DNA of 64,000 bases from an uncultured delta proteobacterium (GCA_963755715.1 CAVWLW010000027.1:1-64000), one strand, 5' to 3'. Shown: positions 41,984 to 52,197, numbered from the stretch's first letter. Numbers and translations: made by a program. The notes: a model not told the origin generated them from the sequence alone.

Positions 41984-42757
41984 TTAGCGCTGTGACAACC
42001 GATTATTCGGCGACTGTTCCTGCGACTGCTGCCCCGGACGAGGCGCCGGTTGCGATGATGGCGCCGCCGCGACTGTCGGCTCGGAAGTAATGCCCTCACG
42101 GTAGACGAGTATCTCGACGCGCCGGTTTTTCGCGCGACCTTGCGGTGTGGTGTTGTCGTTGGCCGGCACGCTCTCGCCGTACGAAACTGCCATCACGCGC
42201 ATCGGATCGAGCTTTTTCTGGGTGATCAAATAGCGGCTAACCGCCTCCGCTCGTTTCTTGCCGAGCTCGTAGTTGAATTCGTCCTTGCCAACGTTATCGG
42301 TGTGTCCCGCGACGACGAAAATCGTCGACCCACTTTCCGCCGTGTCACCCTTGAGATCGCTCAAAAAGCTGTCGACTTCGCGCTGCGCCGATGCCGGCAG
42401 ATTCGATGAATTGAAAGCGAAGTTGGCACCGTCTTTCATATCGATGACGACTTTGCGTTCGAGGCGAAGATTGGCGATTGTGCTAAGCGCTTTTTCCGCC
42501 TTCGCATCGACTTGACCCAATCGTCCCTCGAACTGGCCGAGCTTGCCCTCGACACCGCTAACGCGCCCGCCTAGACTCGAGATATCCCCTTCCGCCTTTT
42601 CCAAGCGGCCTTCCGACGTGGACACTCTACCCGCCAGCGGATCCATCTGTTCCTTGACCCAATCGCGCGTCGCAATACAGCCCTGGGTCAGCAACAGCGA
42701 TCCAACGACTCCGGCGCCAATAAAATACTTGACCCCATAAGAGACAAACCCTTTCAT
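41984..42757 (-). CDS. OmpA-family peptidoglycan-binding lipoprotein with N-terminal coiled coil
   Basis: Start MKGFV at 42757 after AAGGAGG; lipobox-like LTQGC; heptads; FAFNSS, GHTDNVG, LGKKRAEAV, GRAKNRRVEI. Confidence 0.88.
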   Translation of the reverse strand: MKGFVSYGVKYFIGAGVVGSLLLTQGCIATRDWVKEQMDPLAGRVSTSEGRLEKAEGDISSLGGRVSGVEGKLGQFEGRLGQVDAKAEKALSTIANLRLERKVVIDMKDGANFAFNSSNLPASAQREVDSFLSDLKGDTAESGSTIFVVAGHTDNVGKDEFNYELGKKRAEAVSRYLITQKKLDPMRVMAVSYGESVPANDNTTPQGRAKNRRVEILVYREGITSEPTVAAAPSSQPAPRPGQQSQEQSPNNRLSQR

Positions 42758-42786
42758 AAATTCCTCCTTGTGAAATGTTAATACCC

Positions 42787-44094
42787 TCACGCCAATTCCT
42801 CCGCGCTCAAGTGATTTTCTGAACTTGGCCGGCCCATCTGCGCACTGCGCTTTAGCGGTAAACAAACGACCAATTCCGCAGACTCTCCGGGACGGCTTCT
42901 TAAATAGACATCACCTCCGGTTTTATCGAGATATTCTCGCAGTTGTAGGAACGCTTCGCTCTTTTCATCCAGCGCATCCTCCAGCAGCCTGGACTCAAAC
43001 AGTGCTTTCAATCTTTTCGCTACCCGATCCGACTCCGTTCCTTGAATAATAAGTTGCAAGTCGCCCGCGGCGCAGCGCACCGTGAGCCGGACGATTTCGC
43101 TGCGCGTCGCCCGGGCCGTCTCGTTGACGAGCACGTGCAGAATTGCGCCGAGTGCGGTGCGATCCACGGTCGCTGCCTTCAAAAACCGGTGCGCATAGAC
43201 GACTTCGATATCGATATCTCGTTCCGCGGCCGCACGGCGGCACGATGCAATCGCTTGCTTTACGAGGGTAGCGATATCGCCGACCGGTTCGCCGACCTTT
43301 TCAATTTCGTCAAGATCGCTCGCCGAGGCGGCAGCGAAAATGCTCAATCCGTGCTGTATTTGCCGCACCGTCGATTCGATCCGTTGAACAACCTTCTGGC
43401 CGTCGTCGTTGGTCTCGTTCGCTTGACTTGACTTGCGACCGATCTGCTCGGTGTCGCTGAGGATTTCCTGGAGCCCGTTGTTCACGTGACGCGCGCTGGC
43501 GGCAAGCTGGCGTTGCTGAACTTTTCTCAAGGCCAAATCGCGCGCCACCCAAGTGAGTTCAACCGCCAAGGCTTGAAGTACGAACATCTCGGCGGCGGAG
43601 TAACTTTTTCGGATCGCATGGCCGAGCAATAAAAAGCCGAGCGATGGACCGACCGGCGGCGTCAACGGCGCTACCACCGTGCTGCGAAAGCTTAACCCGC
43701 CGCTCACCTCGTTCCACGTGATCGGCGCGCGCGAGTTCGCCACCAGATTCATGCAGCGGCGCGAAAAATTTTTCGGCAATTGATCGACGGTCGATTCCGG
43801 CATGCCGACTTCGGCAAGCTTGCGGTCGTTTACGGTGAGAAACCCGAAACAAAAATCCACGGCAAAAAACCGCCGCAGCCGCGCCAGGAAATGGGTGAGC
43901 AGGATTTTTTCGTCACAGATGGGTTGGTTCCAGAAAAAGTTTCGAACAGAATTGGCGCGCTCCCACAGACCAACGAACGATTCCCAGCCCACGGCTGGCT
44001 CCCGCACCTCGCCTGAAGCCCGAGTAGCGCGCTTCAAATCAGAGAATAATTGATCCGCGTGATCTTTTTGGTCGCGGGATGGATGGAATTGCAC
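42787..44094 (-). CDS. GAF-domain protein with degenerate histidine-kinase-like C-terminus
   Basis: GAF-like STVVAPL...GFLLLG...YSAAEMFVLQALA; eroded H-box (ARHVNNGLQEI), N-box (ILHVLVNE) and tail (GGDVYLRSRPGESAELVVCLP); no DxGxG or GxGL. Start uncertain (GTG 44094 or TTG 44112). Confidence 0.65.
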   Translation of the reverse strand: MQFHPSRDQKDHADQLFSDLKRATRASGEVREPAVGWESFVGLWERANSVRNFFWNQPICDEKILLTHFLARLRRFFAVDFCFGFLTVNDRKLAEVGMPESTVDQLPKNFSRRCMNLVANSRAPITWNEVSGGLSFRSTVVAPLTPPVGPSLGFLLLGHAIRKSYSAAEMFVLQALAVELTWVARDLALRKVQQRQLAASARHVNNGLQEILSDTEQIGRKSSQANETNDDGQKVVQRIESTVRQIQHGLSIFAAASASDLDEIEKVGEPVGDIATLVKQAIASCRRAAAERDIDIEVVYAHRFLKAATVDRTALGAILHVLVNETARATRSEIVRLTVRCAAGDLQLIIQGTESDRVAKRLKALFESRLLEDALDEKSEAFLQLREYLDKTGGDVYLRSRPGESAELVVCLPLKRSAQMGRPSSENHLSAEELA

Positions 44095-44108
44095 GCATTT
44101 CCCTGTAA

Positions 44109-44123
44109 CCAAAATTCATACCA
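44109..44123 (-). promoter_or_regulatory. Possible sigma54 -24/-12 element (imperfect)
   Basis: TGGTATGAATTTTGG versus consensus TGGCAC-N5-TTGC. Confidence 0.35.
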
Positions 44124-44501
44124 CGTTAATGGAACGAAGTATCCTTTTTGAATTTACAGAGTTAGGCGGTTGAACAGGCAGCGCTGCCGGTCAGACTGAA
44201 GTGGATTCCATACAGACATGGAGGTACCCTGAAAAGGAGGTTCCTTTTTTGCGTCCCAGTGACAACTCTCATCGCTCGATACATTCTTCTCTCAAGCGCC
44301 CGTTCTCGCGACGCAACCGTTCGATGTCGCGTTGATTTTGCTCGCTCTCAATGGTTAGTCGCTTCTTCTTGGCCCATGAGCTGGTCGCCGATCAGGGCGA
44401 TTAGCCACCCTGCTCGCGGGTTGAAATCGGTGTCGAGCAACTAGCGAGCAGAAAAATACACAGCACCAATGCTGAGCTGATAAAACTTTTTCTTGGCATC
44501 G

Positions 44502-44906
44502 CTAATCCCCCTCGGACGTATGTCTTGCACCGAAGCCCTTTCGCGCGGCGGCTATTTCATCGATCAAATTGCCTTTGGTGAAGGGCTTGCGTAAAACCCC
44601 CGCGCCGAACTCCGAGATCTCCTGGTCCAAGGCCGTATGGTATTTATCCACTTCGCCACTCATGTAGACGACTTTGACATTGGGATTGATGGACCGGATG
44701 CCCTGCATCATTTGCAAACCATCCAGCTCGGGCATCTGGATATCGGTGACTACCCACTCCGTCGGGTCATGAAAATACGCGAAATACCCAAGGGTGCCGT
44801 TGTGCGCCGTGCGCACTTCAAAACCTTCCTGGCCAAGGATCAAGGCAATGATATTCGCCAAGCCTTCATCATCTTCAACGACCAGAACCGATTGATCCTC
44901 TGACAT
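44502..44906 (-). CDS. Single-domain response regulator (receiver only)
   Basis: VLVVEDD; TDIQMPELDG; YMSG; LRKPF. Confidence 0.9.
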   Translation of the reverse strand: MSEDQSVLVVEDDEGLANIIALILGQEGFEVRTAHNGTLGYFAYFHDPTEWVVTDIQMPELDGLQMMQGIRSINPNVKVVYMSGEVDKYHTALDQEISEFGAGVLRKPFTKGNLIDEIAAARKGFGARHTSEGD

Positions 44907-44934
44907 TGGCTGATCCCTTCTTAAAGTGGCATCA

Positions 44935-44949
44935 GCAATCGTCGTTCCA
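44935..44949 (-). promoter_or_regulatory. Sigma54 -24/-12 promoter
   Basis: TGGAACGACGATTGC (GG-N10-GC), 29 bp upstream of the receiver gene and just downstream of a sigma54 regulator gene. Confidence 0.7.
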
Positions 44950-45191
44950 CGAAACAGTCGAAATCAATGCGCTTGATATCGCAGCAACTTTTAATATTGC
45001 GGTAACAATTTCTCGAACAAAGTGAAGGTAAAGTCCTCCACAAGGTAGGTTGACTGCAACCAGGTCCCACCGCGGACCCGTTCAGGCGCAGACGCAGCAG
45101 GAAAATAAGTTGAAGACTATAGCGAGAGCTTCGTGCGCGGCAAAAACTCAGTGGTCGAAGTCATTCGCAATGAACAGCGTCGCTGAGCCGC

Positions 45192-46616
45192 TCAGTTGGC
45201 CCAGCCGGGTTTGGCTTTTTTAAAGTCGTGTACCTTGAGATCATGTTTTTTGAGCAGATCATAAAAATCGGCGCGATATTTTCCAGCGAGCTTGGCGGCT
45301 TGGCTCACGTTGCCTTCGGTCATCGATAAAACCTGGATGAGATAATCGCGCTCAAAAGCGTCGCGCGCGTCTTTGAGAGGTCGCAAACCCGAGCCTGATT
45401 CATCGACTTTTTCCTGGACAGGTGAGTGGCTGCGTTCGGGTGTGACGCCTTTACCTTGCAGAATATAATCTTCGGTCACCGTGTCGCTTTGCGTCATGGC
45501 GATGGCGTATTCGATCGTGTTCTCGAGCTCGCGCACATTGCCCGGCCAATCATGCATCATCAATTTGCGCAGCGCTTCCGGCGTCAAGCCTTTCACTTCC
45601 TTTTTCATGTGCTCGCCGTATTTTCTGAGAAAATACTCGACCAGCGGCATGATATCGTCTTTGCGTTCGCGCAACGGCGGCAGAAAAATCGGGATCACGT
45701 GAATCCGATAAAACAAATCGTCCCGAAACAAACCTTTTCTCACTTGATCTTCCAAGTCTTTGTTGGTCGCGACGATCACGCGCACGTCGACCTCCATCGG
45801 TATCTCGCTGCCGACAGGATAAAACTGCCGCTCTTGCAAAACGCGCAGTAGCTTCGACTGCGTGGCGCGCGGCATATCGCCGATCTCGTCCAAAAACAGC
45901 GTGCCGCCGTGGGCTTGGGTGAACAACCCCCGGGTGCTTTTGACGGCGCCGGTAAATGCCCCCTTTTCATGGCCGAATAACTCGCTTTCGAGAAGTGACT
46001 CCGGCAGCGCCGCGCAATTCAAAGCGACGAACGGTTTATCCTTGCGATCACTGGCGATATGAATCGCCTTGGCGATGAGTTCCTTGCCCGTGCCGCTGTC
46101 GCCGTGGATGTGCACGGTCGAGTCCAGCTTGGCGATGCGCGTCACCACATCGAGGATCGCGCGCATTTTGCCGCTGCGCGCGATAATGTTGGCGAAATCA
46201 TAACGCTCGTTAAGAATCTCTTTGAGCCGTTTGATTTCGGAATTGAGCTTGCGGTTCTCCAGCGCGCGCTCGATCTGCAGCAATAAATCCGCCGGTTCGA
46301 AAGGCTTGGTCACATAAGTGTAGGCGCCCCGGCGCATCGCCTCCACGGCATTCTCGATGCTGCCATGGGCGGTTAGGATAATCGTCGGCACGTCGGGATT
46401 GATTGAACGAAACTCGTCCATCAACGTGAGACCATCGCCGTTCGCCAGCATGAGATCGACGATACAAAGATCGAAGAGCTGTTCTTTGAGCGCCTGAGTC
46501 GCCTGCTCCTCGTCTGCCGTAGCCATAACCTCAAATTCCGCCGACTCGAGCCGCATGCGGATCAGCTCCAGAAGATTCGGATTGTCGTCTACAACCAGTA
46601 TGCGACCTTTTGACAT
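45192..46616 (-). CDS. NtrC-family sigma54 response regulator (GlrR/QseF-like)
   Basis: Receiver + GDSGTGKE + LESELFGHEKGAFTGA + WPGNVREL + Fis HTH (GNVSQAAKLAGKYRADFYDLL). Confidence 0.92.
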   Translation of the reverse strand: MSKGRILVVDDNPNLLELIRMRLESAEFEVMATADEEQATQALKEQLFDLCIVDLMLANGDGLTLMDEFRSINPDVPTIILTAHGSIENAVEAMRRGAYTYVTKPFEPADLLLQIERALENRKLNSEIKRLKEILNERYDFANIIARSGKMRAILDVVTRIAKLDSTVHIHGDSGTGKELIAKAIHIASDRKDKPFVALNCAALPESLLESELFGHEKGAFTGAVKSTRGLFTQAHGGTLFLDEIGDMPRATQSKLLRVLQERQFYPVGSEIPMEVDVRVIVATNKDLEDQVRKGLFRDDLFYRIHVIPIFLPPLRERKDDIMPLVEYFLRKYGEHMKKEVKGLTPEALRKLMMHDWPGNVRELENTIEYAIAMTQSDTVTEDYILQGKGVTPERSHSPVQEKVDESGSGLRPLKDARDAFERDYLIQVLSMTEGNVSQAAKLAGKYRADFYDLLKKHDLKVHDFKKAKPGWAN

Positions 46617-46621
46617 GGGTG

Positions 46622-47230
46622 TTATCTTCCGCGGTCGCGCCGTTTTTGATCGATCTCGATGTCCACCTTTTTGGACTTTTCGATAACCTGCTTATTCTTT
46701 TCCATTTCCTGCTTGGTCTTTTCGAGTTCGAGGCGCGACTTATCCATTTCTTGTTTCATTTTATCGAGAACTAGCCGGCTTTTCTCAGCTTCCTCTTTCG
46801 AGGCCTCGAGCTCGAGGCGCGCTTTCTCGACCTGGCGTTTTGACTTTTGGGCGTCGTTTAATACTGCGATCCATATTTTAGCCTGCTCCGCCCACGGGCT
46901 GTCCGGATACTTTCGAACGACTCGATCCATGAACATCTTCGCCTGCTGCAAGTCGCGTTGCGGGTTTTGCGGGTGCGCATAAATGAGACCGATGCTGTAT
47001 GCCGCTCTGTCCGCCGGCGGTTTGTTCTGAGCGGCATCCGAGATTTTCTGAAATGCATTTAACGATCCCGTGAAATCGCCCTGCGTAAACAGGTTATCCG
47101 CCGCATTGAGCGCCTCACGCATTTCCCGGCGCCGATTTGCCTCTTGCGTTAGACTGCAGCCGGAAACAAATATTAGCAGGGCAACACAAAAATGAAAGTA
47201 CTGCCTTTGCCTACCTGGCTTTCGGCCCAT
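46622..47230 (-). CDS. TPR/coiled-coil lipoprotein (QseG/YfhG-like)
   Basis: Lipobox-like FVSGC; TPR with YPDSPWA; long coiled coil ending KKVDIEIDQKRR; located between kinase and regulator. Confidence 0.75.
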   Translation of the reverse strand: MGRKPGRQRQYFHFCVALLIFVSGCSLTQEANRRREMREALNAADNLFTQGDFTGSLNAFQKISDAAQNKPPADRAAYSIGLIYAHPQNPQRDLQQAKMFMDRVVRKYPDSPWAEQAKIWIAVLNDAQKSKRQVEKARLELEASKEEAEKSRLVLDKMKQEMDKSRLELEKTKQEMEKNKQVIEKSKKVDIEIDQKRRDRGR

Positions 47231-48615
47231 ATTTTTCCGCCGTGCGACGTAATGATACTTTTGGCGATCGTTAAACCGAGTCCGGTTCCCTGGCGACCAT
47301 GCGGCCCTTGGCGACTCCCCTGGTTAAATTTTTCAAAAATAGATACCAGGCTATCCGCGGGAATACCAGGTCCCGAGTCTTTCACAGAAATTTCCAATTT
47401 GCCATTGGCCGGTTTTGCCGTCACGCACACCTGACCGCCCTTGGGGGTGAACTTGACTGCGTTGCCAAGCAAATTTCGTAGCACCTGAAGCATCCGCTCC
47501 GGATCGAGCCGCACCGCTGGCAACGCTGGATCGAGCGCGCTCTCCAAGCGAATCTGCTTGGCCTCGAAAAGCGGCGTGATCTCACTGACGGCCCGTTTGA
47601 TCAGCGGATCGATAGCGCTGGTCTCGAAGTCATACGCCATCATGCCCGCTTCCATTTTGGAAAAGTCGAGAAGCGAATTGACCAAGCTGATCAACCGGTT
47701 GCTTTCCTCGGCGAGGATCCCTAAAAGCTTGCGTTGTTTTTCCGAAGTCTCGCCGCCGACGCCGTCGAGCAACAAGCCCGTGCCTTCTTTGATCGAAGTG
47801 AGCGGCGTGCGCAGCTCATGCGACATGGACGCAAAAAAGTCCGCTTTCAAGCGATCGAGCTCCTGCAACTTTTCGCACATCGAATCGATGGCGGCCGCCA
47901 GCTCGGCGATTTCCGGCGGCGACTGCACGCGCAATCTTCCATCGAAGTGTCCTTCGGAGATTTCCCGCGTTTTATTTTTCAATAAGTCGATCGGCCGGGT
48001 GATGCTTTTGGTGATCAGCAGGGACATGGTAAAGATCGCCAGCAGGCACGCGATCGCGATCGTCACCGAAACCTCGCGCGCATGATCGGCGGCGGCCGCA
48101 AGATCCATGACTTTCGCGTTCGTCGCCTGCTGTTGGTTCAGCCGCAGCTTCTCGAACGACGTCAGCAGCGCATCGACTAAAATGTCCTTTTCCTGTTTAT
48201 ACCGCGCCTGCGGGTAAGGCTTGTTGGCTCGCGCCAAGCGCGCCTCCGCTTCGACAATTTCATCGTAACGGCGAAAATCCTCCTGAATTTTTTTGAGGAC
48301 CGGCGTCGCCGGTACGTCCCTTAAAGCAAAAGCGCTCTCGAGTTGTCTGTCGAAGTCGGTCTTCAGGCTGACAAATTGCTGGTACCAGGTTTCGTCCCGC
48401 GTGATGGTAAATTTCTGCTCGGCGCGGCTTTGCGCCAACAGCAAATCGGCGAACATCTTCTCGTGATCGAGAATCCGGTTATCGACGTTCAAGATGGATT
48501 CCGTCAACTCGTGAAAGCGGCGCAACTGCAGCACGACGTAGGCGCTTGCAAACGCGACGATCAGAAAGATCGCGAGATAGCCGATGGCGAGACGGGAAAA
48601 TAAAGTCAACCGCAC
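47173..48615 (-). CDS. HAMP sensor histidine kinase (GlrK/QseE-like)
   Basis: Two TMs, periplasmic helical domain, HAMP, SHELRTPLTS, NLLGNAVKF, DSGPG, GTGLGL. Confidence 0.93.
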   Translation of the reverse strand: MRLTLFSRLAIGYLAIFLIVAFASAYVVLQLRRFHELTESILNVDNRILDHEKMFADLLLAQSRAEQKFTITRDETWYQQFVSLKTDFDRQLESAFALRDVPATPVLKKIQEDFRRYDEIVEAEARLARANKPYPQARYKQEKDILVDALLTSFEKLRLNQQQATNAKVMDLAAAADHAREVSVTIAIACLLAIFTMSLLITKSITRPIDLLKNKTREISEGHFDGRLRVQSPPEIAELAAAIDSMCEKLQELDRLKADFFASMSHELRTPLTSIKEGTGLLLDGVGGETSEKQRKLLGILAEESNRLISLVNSLLDFSKMEAGMMAYDFETSAIDPLIKRAVSEITPLFEAKQIRLESALDPALPAVRLDPERMLQVLRNLLGNAVKFTPKGGQVCVTAKPANGKLEISVKDSGPGIPADSLVSIFEKFNQGSRQGPHGRQGTGLGLTIAKSIITSHGGKIWAESQVGKGSTFIFVLPC

Positions 48616-48645
48616 GGACGCTTCCCTTTGCTCCTCAGCGTAAAT

Positions 48646-49767
48646 TCAATCCCGGCGCGCGGCTTCTGGATCGAAGAGTTCTTGCTGATCGGTATCGGCG
48701 GACAGTAATTTTTGACTAAACTGTTCCAAGCGGCGATCGGCATTCTGATAGCTCGACTGAGCATGGCCGACATGTTTGCCGAGCAACGCGAACTCGTCGC
48801 GAAATCTGGCAAAGTCCCCTTGCAGACGGCCGAGGTATTGAAGGATTTCCTTGGCCCGGTCTTCGATCTTCATGCCCTTGAAACCTAAAACGATCGCCTG
48901 AAGATAGGCATAGAAGCTATTCGGTGAAACCGGGATCACCCGCTGGCTCATAGCATGATGACAAAGACTTTTCTCCGCCGCCGCTTCATCGCGAATGATC
49001 GTTTCATAGTAGACGTTTTCCGCCGGAATATACATGAGGGCAAAATCATAGGTGCCCTCATCGGGAAGAATATACTTTGCCGCGATCGCATCGATATGTT
49101 TCTTCACGTCCACGACGAATTGCTTTTTTGCCCGGCTCTTGTCTTCGTCCGTCGCCGCTTCCGTGATCCGCTTGAAATTCTCCAGCGGGAATTTGGCATC
49201 GACGGGGACCAACGAGGGGCCGAGCCGGATCACCGCGTCGACCTTTTCGCCGCTGCGAAAGCGATACTGCGTGGAGAAGTGCTCCGGCGGGAGAATCTGC
49301 GCGAGCAAGTCCTGTAAAAAAAATTCGCCCAAGCCGCCGCGCAGTTTTGGCGCTCGTAAAATGTCCTGGAGCGAAGCGATATCCTTGCCGACCTCGTAAA
49401 TTCTGCGGTTGGCTTCTTCGAGCCCGCCCAAGCTCTTTTGCACGCTACCGACGGCGCGCGCGGCGTTATCCAGCCGCTCGCCCATATTTTGTTGCGTCTT
49501 GTGCAGGACTTCGGCGTTTTCTTTCAGCCGCTCGTTCACGTTTCCGAGCACTTGACCTAATTGTTGCTGGATCGATTGCGCGCTCTGCTCCAGCACCTGG
49601 CCGAGCTGCACGCGCAGATCACCGATCTGCTGTTGCACCAGCAATAACGATGGATCGTCGCGCCTCTCTTGGAACAGCGATTGCAATCGGCCGAGAAGAA
49701 TCCAGCCGAGAAAGCCCAAACAGAGAAAGAAGAGAAGAATCAGGACGAGGATGTTCGAGAGTTCCAC
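48646..49767 (-). CDS. rmuC: DNA recombination protein RmuC
   Basis: N-terminal TM, coiled coil, PKLRGGLGE, VDAKFPLE, KYILPDEGTYDFALMYIPAE. Confidence 0.92.
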   Translation of the reverse strand: MELSNILVLILLFFLCLGFLGWILLGRLQSLFQERRDDPSLLLVQQQIGDLRVQLGQVLEQSAQSIQQQLGQVLGNVNERLKENAEVLHKTQQNMGERLDNAARAVGSVQKSLGGLEEANRRIYEVGKDIASLQDILRAPKLRGGLGEFFLQDLLAQILPPEHFSTQYRFRSGEKVDAVIRLGPSLVPVDAKFPLENFKRITEAATDEDKSRAKKQFVVDVKKHIDAIAAKYILPDEGTYDFALMYIPAENVYYETIIRDEAAAEKSLCHHAMSQRVIPVSPNSFYAYLQAIVLGFKGMKIEDRAKEILQYLGRLQGDFARFRDEFALLGKHVGHAQSSYQNADRRLEQFSQKLLSADTDQQELFDPEAARRD

Positions 49768-49784
49768 GATGGACCGTGGCGCAA

Positions 49785-49997
49785 TCAGAGGAGTCTTACA
49801 GCATACTCCAAAATCTCACTGAGCTTGCGAATCTGCGTGGCGCGTATGGAGCGCTCTTCCCGCGGCGCGACGAAATAATCGTCGACGCTCTTTTTTAGAT
49901 TCCACTCCAACAACTCCACGCATTGTTCCATGCTCAATTTTTCCGAGCGGCGCCGGCGCGCCTGGTGCAGTTCGTTGATCTGGATGAGCTGGCCCAT
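49785..49997 (-). CDS. Small hypothetical helical protein
   Basis: 70-aa ORF filling the gap before rmuC, preceded by TTGACA-16-TATTCT on the minus strand. Confidence 0.6.
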   Translation of the reverse strand: MGQLIQINELHQARRRRSEKLSMEQCVELLEWNLKKSVDDYFVAPREERSIRATQIRKLSEILEYAVRLL

Positions 49998-50166
49998 GAC
50001 ACCGGCTAGAATAGGTCAGTGCGAAAAATTGTCAAGGGCCGAGGAATTTTTATTCCGCGGTACACTTAGATCGCAATAATCAAAATGCGCAAATGGAATT
50101 CGCAACCACGCCGCTGTGAACGATGGCGCGCACCGCAGCAAAATTCAGTTGGCGCAAGCGAGTGCT

Positions 50167-51237
50167 TCAGGAACAAGGCGCTTCAGGCTCTTGTTGCGTG
50201 ACGCAGTGAATCGCGCCCAGGCCGGCGACGACTTCATTGCAGCGTAGTCCGACGACCCGGCGCTCGGGAAATAATTCCTGCAGGATGCCCAGCGCTTTGG
50301 CGTCGTTGGGATCATCGAAGACCGGCGCGAGCACGACGCCGTTGGCGATATAAAAATTCGCGTAACTCGCCGGCAAGCGCGCGCCGTCATAATATACCGG
50401 GGCCGGACAAGGCAGCGCTATGACCGAAAGTTTTTCGCCTTTTTCATTGGTCGCGCTCTGCAGACGCTGGTAGTTATCTCGCAAGAAATTATAATTCTCG
50501 TCTTTAGAGTCGGCTTCGACGACACAAGCCACCGTACTCGGCGCGACGAAGCGCACGATGTCGTCGATATGGCCGTCGGTATCATCGCCGACGATGCCTT
50601 CGCCGAGCCAAATTATGTGACTGACGCCTAGGGACTCTTTGAGAAAATCTTCTATCTCGTCGCGGCGCAAATGCGGATTGCGGTTTTTGTTCAGCAGGCA
50701 TTGTTCCGTAGTGAGACAAGTGCCGGCGCCGTTGACCTCGATGGAGCCGCCTTCGAGAACGATTGGATAATCGAAGACCGGAATCTTCAGCAGCGCCGCG
50801 ATCTCTTTGGCGACGCGTTCGTCCTGCTCATACGCTTGGTACTTTCCGCCCCAACCATTGAAGATCCAATCGTTTAACGCCCGCGGATTTTCCTGCCCTG
50901 CGCGGGTAATGAAAGTCGGCCCGTAGTCCCGCATCCAGACATCGACGGTGGGGATTTTAAGCAACGTCACATTGGCCATCGCCGCACGACCTTTGGCCAA
51001 GCGCGCTCGAACGTCCTGCTCCGTCGTTTCATCGTTGACCAAAAGATAGACCTGCTCGTGCGGCGCTAGGGCACAGACCATTTGCACCCAGACGTCGCGA
51101 ACTTTTTCTAAATACGTCGGCCAGGTTTCTCGATTATGCGGCCAGGAAAGCCAAGTGGCGCGATGCCGCGCCCATTCAGCCGGCATCGAATAACCCAGCG
51201 AATGCGGCGTTGGCGGTTTTACGTTTGGAGAACTCAT
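50167..51237 (-). CDS. aguA: Agmatine deiminase
   Basis: MPAEW, WMRDYGP, FNGWGGKY, LEGGS, DTDGHID, ASYANF, GAIHCVTQQ; likely start at 51237. Confidence 0.93.
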   Translation of the reverse strand: MSSPNVKPPTPHSLGYSMPAEWARHRATWLSWPHNRETWPTYLEKVRDVWVQMVCALAPHEQVYLLVNDETTEQDVRARLAKGRAAMANVTLLKIPTVDVWMRDYGPTFITRAGQENPRALNDWIFNGWGGKYQAYEQDERVAKEIAALLKIPVFDYPIVLEGGSIEVNGAGTCLTTEQCLLNKNRNPHLRRDEIEDFLKESLGVSHIIWLGEGIVGDDTDGHIDDIVRFVAPSTVACVVEADSKDENYNFLRDNYQRLQSATNEKGEKLSVIALPCPAPVYYDGARLPASYANFYIANGVVLAPVFDDPNDAKALGILQELFPERRVVGLRCNEVVAGLGAIHCVTQQEPEAPCS

Positions 51238-51259
51238 GAGAGCTAAAAAGACCAACCGG

Positions 51260-52156
51260 TTAACGGCGCGTATCGTCCTCGACCGTGCGTAACAGCAACG
51301 CGCCATAGGCGTCAATGCGCCGGTCGCGCAGGAAGGGCCAACTTTGGCGGGTCTCTTCGATTTTGCCGAGATCGCACTTGGCCAGGATAATTTCTTCCCG
51401 CTCGCCGCCGCCGTGCGCAACGAGCTCGCCGAACGGTCCGGCGACAAATGAGCTGCCCCAGAATTTGATTTTTCCTTCGCGCCCGACTCGATTGACCGAG
51501 GCGACGTAGACTCCGTTCGCGACCGCGTGCGAGCGCTGGATCAGCTCCCACGCGGCGCGTTGCTGCTGCGCCACGGCGCGCGGTTCATGGGGAATCCAGC
51601 CAATGGCTGTCGGATAAAACAAAATCTGCGCACCCGACAAGGCGGCCAAGCGCGCGCCCTCGGGAAACCATTGGTCCCAACAGACCAGCGCGCTGACCTT
51701 TGCGTAGCGCGTTTGAAAACTGGGAAAGCCAAGATCGCCGGGCGTGAAATAAAATTTTTCGTAGTAAAGCGGGTCATCCGGGATATGCATCTTGCGATAC
51801 ATTCCGGCGATGGAGCCGTCGGCATCGATGACAACCGCGGTATTGTGATAGATGCCCGCCGATCTTCTCTCGAAAACCGAAGCGACAATGACGATTTCTC
51901 GCTCGCAAGCGAGCGCGCCTAAGGCCTCGGTCGTCGGACCTGGAATCGGCTCAGCCAATTTGAAATTCCGATGGTTTTCACTCTGGCAAAAGTAACGCGA
52001 GCGAAAGAGTTCCTGGAGACAAACAATCTGCGCGCCTTTTTTTGCCGCCAAGTCCACCCGATCGACGGCTTTGGCGAGATTGACGGATGGATTTTCACCG
52101 GTGCTCATCTGGATGAGCCCCAGGGTAACATTCTCTCTGGCTGCTTTTTGCGGCAT
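51260..52156 (-). CDS. aguB: N-carbamoylputrescine amidase (nitrilase superfamily)
   Basis: LQELF, YRKMHIPDDPLYYEKFYF, VCWDQWFPE, WPFLRDRR; adjacent to aguA. Confidence 0.92.
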   Translation of the reverse strand: MPQKAARENVTLGLIQMSTGENPSVNLAKAVDRVDLAAKKGAQIVCLQELFRSRYFCQSENHRNFKLAEPIPGPTTEALGALACEREIVIVASVFERRSAGIYHNTAVVIDADGSIAGMYRKMHIPDDPLYYEKFYFTPGDLGFPSFQTRYAKVSALVCWDQWFPEGARLAALSGAQILFYPTAIGWIPHEPRAVAQQQRAAWELIQRSHAVANGVYVASVNRVGREGKIKFWGSSFVAGPFGELVAHGGGEREEIILAKCDLGKIEETRQSWPFLRDRRIDAYGALLLRTVEDDTRR

Positions 52157-52197
52157 GTCGTAACCCTGTCCGATCGATCGATTTATAGTCTAGACAT

